A stretch of DNA of 63,799 nucleotides, the filler included, from Chrysochromulina tobinii (lineage: Eukaryota), in the NCBI GenBank assembly GCA_001275005.1. It is 4 parts of 4 records of this genome, joined end to end, with 100 filler letters (N's around TTAATTAATTAA, not from the genome) between each part and the next. Parts side by side here need not be neighbours in the genome. Positions count along the whole stretch, not along the records: positions 27,453 to 42,723 come from JWZX01000450.1; 3 more parts are not named here. One strand, 5' to 3'. Below are positions 34,282 through 42,823 of the stretch, one piece after another (position 1 is the stretch's first letter; every line of letters starts with the position of its first letter). A program made the position numbers and the translations under genes. The notes below the pieces were generated by a model. The model saw only the letters and a program-made list of their open reading frames with translations. It was not told the DNA's origin and did not search any database.

Positions 34282-35814
34282 ATGGTCAACTCGGCCTGGG
34301 CTGTCCAGTCGAGCACGGCGCTCGTCCAACTCATCGAGTCCAAGGCGCAGGCCGCGTACGTGGCCGCCTGCGAGACAACTGCCGAAGGCACGCCGCCGCC
34401 CGAAGCACCCGTGCACATCTCCGACCCGGTCGACGCGGCGCTCAAGCTCCTCATGGACGAGGACATTCTGGCGGCGGCCGGCGGCGCAAACGCGGCTGAG
34501 GACTTTGTGGCCGTGTCCACGAAGCTGGGTACGGCTTATCCGCACCCGGCGCTGGTCAAGGCACTCCAGGCCTGCGCTACAAAGCCCATGCTCAGCTTGC
34601 GCGGCTGGCAGTGCGACCTTCCCAGCCTGACTGCGCTGCTCGTGGTGCTCGGTAAGCATCCGAGCATCCGCTCGGCGAGCTTCTGGCAGTGTGGCCTAAA
34701 CGACCGGGCGTTAACACTGCTCGAGCGCGCGCTGCCCGCCTCCGTTGAGAGCCTCGCCTTCGAGGGCACGGCCGCCGAGGGCGCAGCCGTCGAGGGGCTG
34801 TCGACGTTGCCATCGGTCACGAGCCTCGCGCTACGCTGCGCGTCGCTCACGAGCATGCCGCCGCCGCTTGCGGACGCGCTGCGCGCCAACGAGACCCTCA
34901 CCGCCCTCTCCCTCTTCGGCAACCCGCTCGGCGACATGGGAGCGCTCGAGCTGCTCGAAGCGCTGCGCTCTCACCCGACGTTGCTCACGCTCAACCTGGG
35001 GCGTTGCGGGCTGACGGACACGAGTGCTCACGCGGTGCTCGAGATGGTCAGTGACCCGCCCAAGGAGGATAAGGATGAGGAGGGCGAGGTGCCCGAGGCG
35101 GGGGCGATGTGCCTCAACGTCGCCATCCTCCCCAACCGCACGCTGACCGCTCTGAACTTAGGCTACAATCGAATCGGCACGGAGGGGCGGCTGGCGCTCG
35201 AGGCGGCGCAGGCGGCCTCGCCGGGCCTCGCACGCCTCGAACTGGTAGGCAACCCATGCCTCACATGCGGTCCGACCGCCGGGCTGGGCGCCGAGCCGCG
35301 CCGGCTCATCAAAGCGAGTTGGGCGGCGCTCGCGGCGCGTGAGGGTGGCGCCGAGGTGGTGGTTGCCGGGGTGTGCGCGGCTGCGCTCGCCCAGGTGCCC
35401 GAGGCACTACCGATCGTCGGGTTTCCGGTCGCCGAGGGCGCCGATACGAAGGAGGCGCCTGAGTTTGCAGGGTGGGAGGGCCTCGCTCCGTTGGGTGCGA
35501 TCGGTGCCTCCATCCTCGGCAAGCTCGTGGCTGAGCTCGACCATCCGAAACGACTGCGGGCGACGCTGGTCTCCGAGCTCGGCGTCGTGTGCGCCTCGCG
35601 CGGCCTGACGCCCGGTGCGTCCTTTGATAAGTTTGGCGAGGCGCTCATCGCTGGCATCTCCGCGGCGCTCGGGAGCCAGCTGTCGGAAGATGCGAAGACC
35701 GCGTGGCGCGACGCGTACGCCGACGCGGCCCGGTGCATGCAGACGGCCTACTTGCCGAGCCAGCTTGCGGCCGCCGCCATGGCCGCCGCTGCCGCTGCCG
35801 CGCCGGCCGAGTGA
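34282..35814 (+). CDS. Leucine-rich repeat (RI-like) protein with C-terminal globin-fold domain
   Basis: LRRs (LTALSLFGNPLGDMG, LTALNLGYNRIG) plus globin A/G/H helix patterns (LIKASW, FDKFGEALI, AKTAWRDAY). Confidence 0.8.
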   Translation: MVNSAWAVQSSTALVQLIESKAQAAYVAACETTAEGTPPPEAPVHISDPVDAALKLLMDEDILAAAGGANAAEDFVAVSTKLGTAYPHPALVKALQACATKPMLSLRGWQCDLPSLTALLVVLGKHPSIRSASFWQCGLNDRALTLLERALPASVESLAFEGTAAEGAAVEGLSTLPSVTSLALRCASLTSMPPPLADALRANETLTALSLFGNPLGDMGALELLEALRSHPTLLTLNLGRCGLTDTSAHAVLEMVSDPPKEDKDEEGEVPEAGAMCLNVAILPNRTLTALNLGYNRIGTEGRLALEAAQAASPGLARLELVGNPCLTCGPTAGLGAEPRRLIKASWAALAAREGGAEVVVAGVCAAALAQVPEALPIVGFPVAEGADTKEAPEFAGWEGLAPLGAIGASILGKLVAELDHPKRLRATLVSELGVVCASRGLTPGASFDKFGEALIAGISAALGSQLSEDAKTAWRDAYADAARCMQTAYLPSQLAAAAMAAAAAAAPAE

Positions 35815-36065
35815 GACTGTGAGACTGAGGGACGCAGGAGAGAAGGTCGGTGTGTGAGAGGCGGAGCAGGAGAGACGGTACCATGGACGGTACATCTCGA
35901 CATGTCATTTCAAACCCAGCGGGTTCGCTTGTGGCTAAGAACGGGTGCGGAGGGTTGTGCTTCTCGGAGCGCCGTGCCGGCGTGCGAGTTCTTTCTTCGG
36001 ACGAGTGTGTCGGTCAACAATCCCCGACCCGAGTGGCCGGACGACCACTGTCCGGCGGGTGGTTC

Positions 36066-39000
36066 ATGCCAAAGGACCCGCCGCAAAGGCCGAAGAAGCC
36101 GGGCGTCAAGTACGATCTCACTACATGCGCGTGCCTGCTCTCATGCTTCGACTTCCAGCAGCGTGGCTTTGTGGACCGCGACGACTGGAAGCGCGGCACG
36201 GAGATGATGCAGCTCTCAGAGATGGGTGAGGACGAGGGTCTGTGGGCCAAGGTGCTCGCCACCTACGGTGGTGAGATCGAGGGCTGTGTGGCGATCGCCC
36301 GGCTGCAGGACGTGGTACCGATGGATCCACGCATCTCGCTGATGATGCGAGCAATGGTAGCCTCGGTCGCGACTGTCGAGGAACGGCTGGCGCGGCAGGC
36401 GCGGCGCACTGCCGACCAGGGCGCGAGCCGCGCTAATCGCATCATCCTCAACATGCGCCGCAAGATCATCGAACCGGTATACCACGCATGGGTCGAGCTC
36501 GTCTCCTCTAAGAAGCGGATAGGCCAGCGCGCCGCGAAGGCCGCATTCAATGGCTCGCTCGGCCGAGCATGGCGCCAATGGAGCAGCGTGGCCGAGGCGC
36601 TCGCGGAGACTCGGCAGCGGCTGCGTCGATTCGGCGCGCGCTTCGTCCAGCAGGGTCTCGGCCGCGCATGGAACGCGTGGCTCGCGGTGGCCGAGCAGCG
36701 GGCGCGCATGCAAGCGATCGGCCGGCGAATGCGCATCCAGGGCCTGACGCGGGCCTTCAACGCGTGGGTCGAGAAGGTCGGGGAGGGCGCCGCGAAACAG
36801 GCGCAGATGCGCAAGGCCCTCGGGCGGCTCGTGTACCGAGAGCTCATCGGCTGCTGGGAGAAATGGACGGGCGTGGCGGCCGCAGCACGCCGTAAGGCAA
36901 CGCAGCTGCGGAAAGTCGCGCGCCGTTTCGGCCATGCGAGGGAGGGCGCCGCCTTCAACAGCTGGCTCGCGGTCCTGGCGGAGAACCGGCTGATGCGGAA
37001 GGTGCTACGGCGCGCGCTGCACGCGGGAGTCGGGCGCGCCTTTGGCCGCTGGTACGAGTGCGTCGAGGAACGCATTCGGCTGCGCGAGCTCGCGATGCGT
37101 ATCGGCCGGCGGATGATGAACCGAGTGCAGGCGGCCACCTTCGATTCGTGGTACGAGTGCATCCAGGTGTCCATTGAGAAGCGCGAGGCGACGCTGCGCA
37201 AGGCGATCGTGCAGATCCACTACAAGTGGGTCGCCATGTGCTTCGGCGCGTGGTCCGGCCTGAGCCAAGGGGTTACCGACCGCCGCTCGAAGGCCCTCGG
37301 CGGCGCGCTTGGACGGATGCGCATGCGCGCAGCCGCGCTGTGCTTCGAGGCGTGGGCCGAGTCGTACCGGCGCGCGGGTGCGCTGCGGGCCAAGTACGCG
37401 ACGCGCTTCGTAGCCGCAGGGCTTGGGGCCGCCTACCGCACATGGGCCGAGACGTCGCGCGAGCTCAAGCGGCTCAAGTCCCGGCTCAAGAAGATTGCGA
37501 TCCGTATGGCGCGGCGCGTCGAAGTGCTCGTGCTGACCGAGTGGCACGCGTTCGTCAAGGAAGCGCACGGGTACATGCGCGTCGCGCTCGCTCGCTGGGT
37601 CAACGGAGAGCTCAATGTCGCCTTCCTGCGCTGGCACGAGCACGCCTCCGGTGCAAGTCGCATGCGGCGCCTCTTGCGCAAGTCGCTCGGTCGTTACGCG
37701 AACGCGCTGCTCAGCAAGTGCTTCGTTGCGTGGGTGGGCATGGCGGTCGCCGAGGTGTCGCGGCGTGAGACGCTGACGCGCAGCGCCCTAACCCTCCTCT
37801 CTGGCAAGCGCGAGCTGCTGCTCAAGAACCGCTTCGTCCACTGGCACGACCTCGTGCGCGGGGTCAAGGAGCGCCGTAACGGGCTGCTGCGCAAGGCGAT
37901 CCTGCGGCTGCGCAATCAGCAGCTCCTCAGTGGCTGGAACCTGTGGATGGAGCACCACGAGGCGTGCCGGGGGATGCGCAGAGCGGCGATCGCGTGGAGG
38001 CAGGCCGCAGCGGCCCGAGCCTTCCGATCGTGGGTACACAAGGCTGAGAGTGCGCGCCGGCTGCGCCAGCTCGGTACGGCCGTGCTTGCCCGCTGGCGCG
38101 GCGGCGTACTGACCAAGGTGTTCCTGGCCTGGGCCTCTCACATCGGGTCCGAGCGCACGCGGCGCGAGCAGTCGCAGCTCCGCGCGCTCGCCGCCCTCTC
38201 CGGACGTTATGAGATGCTCATGCAGCTGCAGTTCTGCGCCTGGCGCGAATACGCGCGTGCGGCCCACCATCGGCGCTTGGAGCTCGCCACGAAGGTCTTC
38301 AGGCGCTACGCGAACCAGGCCGTGACACGCTGCTTCCTCGCGTGGCAGGCGCTCGCGGCGTCCGCTCGTCAGATGTCCAACGACAAGATGGCGCGCGCAC
38401 TCGCTTTGCTGTCCGACCGCAACGAGCTCTTGCTGCGCGCGGCCTTCGTGGCTCTGCGCCGTGCGATCGCAAAGCAGCAGGACGAGCGGCAGGCGCTCGT
38501 GCAGAAGTCGCTCATGCGCATGAAGTATGGCGTGCTGCATGCCGCCTTCGAGGAGTGGCGCGCGGCTTATCTTGAAGCCAAGCGCAAGCGCGTCGCCGCC
38601 GGTGGTGGTAGCGGCGGCGGTGGCGCCGGCTTCGATCGAGCAGCCAAAGCGGAGCTCGCGGCAGCGCGCGCGGATGCAGCGCACGCGGCGCAGCAAGCGG
38701 CGGAGCAGGCGCGACGCAACGACGAGCTGCAGGCGCGCATCACGCAGCTCGAGGCGCTCGTGCTCGGAATGCTCCCAGTACTCCCTCCAGAGACGCCGCC
38801 GGCTCCGGCGCACGCACCCGTTGCGCCCGAGCCTGTGCCCGAGCCGCTGCCGTGTGTCGACCTCGCACCAATGTTTGCGTCGCTGCGCGGCTTCGGGCAG
38901 GTGATCGGGGCCACCCTTGGCGCAATGCACGGTCTCACGCAGGCAGTGAGTGAGGTTCGTCTGGCCTCGGAGGTCGGCGGGGGCACGGGCAGCACCGGCA

Positions 39001-40232
39001 GCAGACGCGGAGGGAGGTCGTGGGAGCTCTCCGAGGTACCGCCGACAGCGACGGCGGGCGAGGCAGCAGCGTGGGTGTCGAATCGCCTCTCAGTACTCGA
39101 GAGCGAGTTGCATGGGCAGCTGGACAGTGCCCTCCACACGCTGCGCCACTCGGAGCGTACTCTCGAGGATGGGCTACGCAACGTGCGCGTGAGTCAGCTG
39201 GGCACGCTCGAGGTGCCGCTCCACCCGCTCCCCATCGGCTCCGTCGATGCAGCCGCCTCGCACATACTCATGAGCGAGGTGCGCTCACTGCAGACGCAGC
39301 TCGCAACGACGCGCCGCGAGCTTAAGGACGTCATCCGCACCAAGGCGTACCGGTACGAGATGGCCTACATGCGCACCGAGCTCCATTCCTTCCTCTTCGG
39401 CGGTGGCCCTGCGGGTTCCGCCGCCGCCATCGGCGCTTCTGAGCTGATCCACGACACAACCGTCGCGCGACAGGCTCTGCTCGCCGCGGACGAGTCCCGG
39501 GCGCTGTCCCGGGCGCTCTCAAGGGTGGATAGCGAGAGTGTCACGGGGGGGATCGAGGACGAAGCAGCCGCAGGTGGGGACACGTCGAGGAGCTCTCAAC
39601 AAGCGTTGCAGGGAATGCGTGGCATCGAGGAGGAGGAACTCTTGCCGCCGCGCCTCTCGCCACGCGCGAGCAGCCACCAGAGCCACGTGCCTTCACCACG
39701 CCCCTCGCGTCCGGCATCTGCATCGCTCAAGGGGCGGGCCGCTCCCCCTCCGACGCCCACCGCCCGAGACGCCAGCGCCACACAGTTCTTCGAGATGCCG
39801 CCGTACCACTACGACGCCGATCTCGGCGGCGCCGGCTCTGTCGCCGCGCGCTTTGGCATCGGCGTGAGCGGCGCGGCCTCGGCGAGGGAGGGCGGCGCCG
39901 GCTCCGGCTGCCGCTCAGTAGGAGGGCCCGCGCCGCCCACGCGCCCATCACGCCCTCGATCCGCCGTCGTGGGCGTCTCGCCTCGCATGAAGGCCCTCGT
40001 TAGCGGGGAGCCCCTCGGCGCGTACGCAGGCGGCGGCATGCCCATGAGCAGCGTGGCAGCCGACGGCCAGTTCGAACCGGATCCGAGCGATGCGGTCGGT
40101 ATGGCTTGGGCCTCGCGCGGGCACTTTGCCCAACAGCTTGAGCCACGCCAGGTTGTTGCTGGCCGTGGGTCGAACGGGCGCCTCGTCTCTTCGAGGCCGC
40201 CGAGTGCGGGCGTCCGGCCAGCGCCTGCGTAG
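36066..40232 (+). CDS. Sfi1-like repeat (putative centrin-binding) protein with N-terminal EF-hand-like motif
   Basis: About 20 repeats of LxxAF/WxxW spaced roughly 30-40 aa apart; FDFQQRGFVDRDDW near the N-terminus. Confidence 0.7.
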   Translation: MPKDPPQRPKKPGVKYDLTTCACLLSCFDFQQRGFVDRDDWKRGTEMMQLSEMGEDEGLWAKVLATYGGEIEGCVAIARLQDVVPMDPRISLMMRAMVASVATVEERLARQARRTADQGASRANRIILNMRRKIIEPVYHAWVELVSSKKRIGQRAAKAAFNGSLGRAWRQWSSVAEALAETRQRLRRFGARFVQQGLGRAWNAWLAVAEQRARMQAIGRRMRIQGLTRAFNAWVEKVGEGAAKQAQMRKALGRLVYRELIGCWEKWTGVAAAARRKATQLRKVARRFGHAREGAAFNSWLAVLAENRLMRKVLRRALHAGVGRAFGRWYECVEERIRLRELAMRIGRRMMNRVQAATFDSWYECIQVSIEKREATLRKAIVQIHYKWVAMCFGAWSGLSQGVTDRRSKALGGALGRMRMRAAALCFEAWAESYRRAGALRAKYATRFVAAGLGAAYRTWAETSRELKRLKSRLKKIAIRMARRVEVLVLTEWHAFVKEAHGYMRVALARWVNGELNVAFLRWHEHASGASRMRRLLRKSLGRYANALLSKCFVAWVGMAVAEVSRRETLTRSALTLLSGKRELLLKNRFVHWHDLVRGVKERRNGLLRKAILRLRNQQLLSGWNLWMEHHEACRGMRRAAIAWRQAAAARAFRSWVHKAESARRLRQLGTAVLARWRGGVLTKVFLAWASHIGSERTRREQSQLRALAALSGRYEMLMQLQFCAWREYARAAHHRRLELATKVFRRYANQAVTRCFLAWQALAASARQMSNDKMARALALLSDRNELLLRAAFVALRRAIAKQQDERQALVQKSLMRMKYGVLHAAFEEWRAAYLEAKRKRVAAGGGSGGGGAGFDRAAKAELAAARADAAHAAQQAAEQARRNDELQARITQLEALVLGMLPVLPPETPPAPAHAPVAPEPVPEPLPCVDLAPMFASLRGFGQVIGATLGAMHGLTQAVSEVRLASEVGGGTGSTGSRRGGRSWELSEVPPTATAGEAAAWVSNRLSVLESELHGQLDSALHTLRHSERTLEDGLRNVRVSQLGTLEVPLHPLPIGSVDAAASHILMSEVRSLQTQLATTRRELKDVIRTKAYRYEMAYMRTELHSFLFGGGPAGSAAAIGASELIHDTTVARQALLAADESRALSRALSRVDSESVTGGIEDEAAAGGDTSRSSQQALQGMRGIEEEELLPPRLSPRASSHQSHVPSPRPSRPASASLKGRAAPPPTPTARDASATQFFEMPPYHYDADLGGAGSVAARFGIGVSGAASAREGGAGSGCRSVGGPAPPTRPSRPRSAVVGVSPRMKALVSGEPLGAYAGGGMPMSSVAADGQFEPDPSDAVGMAWASRGHFAQQLEPRQVVAGRGSNGRLVSSRPPSAGVRPAPA

Positions 40233-40706
40233 ACGCACGCATGGCTTCCGCTCACTACGACGCTCACTACCTCACATTAGACATCTTGCGAGTGTGCGCA
40301 CACGTATACGATACGCGTCGTCACGTCGTTGCGCCGCATGCTCGACGCGGGACGCGCTTGCCGCGCACTGGCTGGCCCGCACGACCAACCGCACGCCGCG
40401 CCGCGGCCGGGGCCGGCGCTTCTATGGCGGCCAAGGGGCCGCGGGCAGCCACGCTGTGGGGACGCTGCCTCGACCCCGGCCGCAAAAGGCAATACCGCGA
40501 TCGCCGCTCACTACACCGCGACGAGGACTGCGCACCATCGCCGCCGAACCGAACACGCGCGCCACGACCCACGAGCGACGAACAAGTGAAGTAGTAGGAA
40601 GTGGGACCGTCCAACACGGTCCTCCGATACGTACCGTTAAATCTATATAACTTGAATCTCCCCCTCGTCACGCTCACACTAAACCGTCGGTAACTACGAA
40701 CCCGCG

Positions 40707-41813
40707 TCAATTAGCACCGTGCGCGCCGACAGTGGAACTCGAACAAGTGACAGTAGAAAAGACAGTGTTCGCAGCACTGTGCACCGCAGTCGGCATGGCC
40801 ACCACGCGGGAGCCGCCTGTGTCGTCCGTCGGCTGCCTTGCTACAGCGCCTTTATCGTCATGCGGGACGAAGGTGGCGCTCTCAACTTTCAGATTCGAGG
40901 CAGCTGCGGCGGCGCGCACGGCGCTCTCCCTCTCGTATGCGGGCAGCATGCGGTCAAGGATGAGCCTCGCTAGCTTCTCACCACCCTGCGCTGACGGCTC
41001 GACGCGTTGGACATAATCGGCCGAGGTCTTCCCGTCCAGAGCCTCGAAGAGCGGCACGTGCACCACCTGCACGCCCGGGAGGTTAATCTGCGAGGTGGCG
41101 TACTCAAATATTGTACGGATGCAGAGCTGCAGCTTGTCAGGGTCCTTATCGTAGCCGAGCAGCCGCAGAGTGGTGTCGGCCCAGCTGCCGCCGGGGCATT
41201 CATCCAAGTAGTACAGCATGCATACGACGACGACGCGCGGCTTGCGATCGCCGATAAGGCTCTGCACGTACCTCGTCGTCTTGTCACGGAACAGAGACAC
41301 AAAGTGATGCAGCCCAGGCGCTAGCCAAGGCCCGCAGTTGATGAGCGCCTTGGGCAGCGATAGCAACGTCGCAATCGACGCAATCGTAAGGGCTGTTGGT
41401 CTGAGCGCGATGTCGTTGCCGCCACAGCTGACGACGAGCACGTCGGGCTCTCCAATGTGCTCCCTCACAAAGGCATCCTGCGGTAGAAGCTTGCCACCAT
41501 CGCGCAGCCCAAGCGTAGACTCCTCGATCGCGGTGTTCACTGCGACGAGCTTGTCGCCCTCACCGCGCTCAACGAGCACCTTATTCAGGTGGTGTGTCAC
41601 GTCCGGCACAGCCTGTGGCGGCTTGAGGAGCCGCTCATATCCGTTTGTTGCGGGCTCACGCTGCCCACCGAGCCAGTACTTGTTGTCGAGAGTTGAGTCG
41701 CCCACCAAATAAATGACACCGCGACCGTTAGGCAAATGCGCGAGCACAGTTTCCAGGTCGGGCAAGGGATGGCCATGATACTCGCCGTAGTACGAAATAG
41801 CGCTAAGCTTCAT
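40707..41813 (-). CDS. SGNH/GDSL hydrolase-like protein
   Basis: YLVGDSTLD and VSCGGND motifs; DYVQRVEPS. Confidence 0.7.
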   Translation of the reverse strand: MKLSAISYYGEYHGHPLPDLETVLAHLPNGRGVIYLVGDSTLDNKYWLGGQREPATNGYERLLKPPQAVPDVTHHLNKVLVERGEGDKLVAVNTAIEESTLGLRDGGKLLPQDAFVREHIGEPDVLVVSCGGNDIALRPTALTIASIATLLSLPKALINCGPWLAPGLHHFVSLFRDKTTRYVQSLIGDRKPRVVVVCMLYYLDECPGGSWADTTLRLLGYDKDPDKLQLCIRTIFEYATSQINLPGVQVVHVPLFEALDGKTSADYVQRVEPSAQGGEKLARLILDRMLPAYERESAVRAAAAASNLKVESATFVPHDDKGAVARQPTDDTGGSRVVAMPTAVHSAANTVFSTVTCSSSTVGAHGAN

Positions 41814-41867
41814 GTGAGGGCGCGGCGCTCATGGTAGGCCCTACGAGCATTTCGAGAATACTTCGTT

Positions 41868-42595
41868 TGTGAGACGATTAGTTCCTCGACTTTTATTTGT
41901 GAGACGATGGAACTCATGGTTTCGGTTGTGAGACGATTTAGTTGCGTTTGAGAGACGATAGTTGTTCGGTTGCGTTTGTGAGACGTTTTCATTTTTACTG
42001 TTGCAAGTCCAACCGCGTCGTCTCACAACCATCAGTTCGTCGAACTCCATCGTCTCACAAATGCAACAACATCGTCTCACAAACGCAACTAAATCGTCTC
42101 ACAAACGCCAGTTCGTTGAACCGCGTCGTCTCACAACATCGTCTCACAACCGGCAGTTCGTCGAACTCCATCGTCTCACAATAATGCAACTAAATCGTCT
42201 CACAAACGCAACTGAATCGTCTCACATACGCAACTCAATCGTCTCACAACATCGTCTCACAACCGGCAGTTCGTCGAACCCCATCGTCTCACAAATGCAA
42301 CTAAATCGTCTCACAAACGCAACTGAATCGTCTCACATACGCAACTAAATCGTCTCACAACATCGTCTCACAACCGGCACTTCGTCGTCTCACAAATGCA
42401 AGTTCATCGTCTCACAAATGCAACTAAATCGTCTCACAAACGCCAGTTCATCGTCTCACAAACGCTAGTTCGTCGAACTGCATCGTCTCACAGACGCTTG
42501 TTCATCCGAACGCCAGTTCATCGTCTCACAAACGCTAGTTCGTCGAACTGCATCGTCTCACAGACGCTTGTTCATCCGAACTGCATCGTCTCACA
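41868..42595. repeat. Bipolar array of 29 CGTCTCACA boxes (5 reverse, 24 forward)
   Basis: Counted by eye in the sequence; recurring unit lengths of 13, 22 and 32 bp with a ~112 bp higher-order repeat. Confidence 0.92.
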
Positions 42596-42723
42596 GACGC
42601 TAGTTCTTCGTCCGTGCGCGCATTCTGGACGCCGAGGGCGCCAATTCGGCCTTCCAGCGGCCTTCCAGCGGCGCCCATTTGGTCTCCAGCGGCTCCCATC
42701 CAGCTGTCCAGGGGCCGTGGTCA

Positions 42724-42823
42724 NNNNNNNNNNNNNNNNNNNNNNNNNNNNNNNNNNNNNNNNNNNNTTAATTAATTAANNNNNNNNNNNNNNNNNNNNN
42801 NNNNNNNNNNNNNNNNNNNNNNN
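42724..42823. other. Artificial contig-joining spacer
   Basis: N run + TTAATTAATTAA + N run. Confidence 0.97.

Noticed and set aside
41868..42595. CRISPR-like array
   Set aside because: The repeat is only 9-11 bp, spacers recur instead of being unique, orientation flips, there are no cas genes, and the context is eukaryotic.
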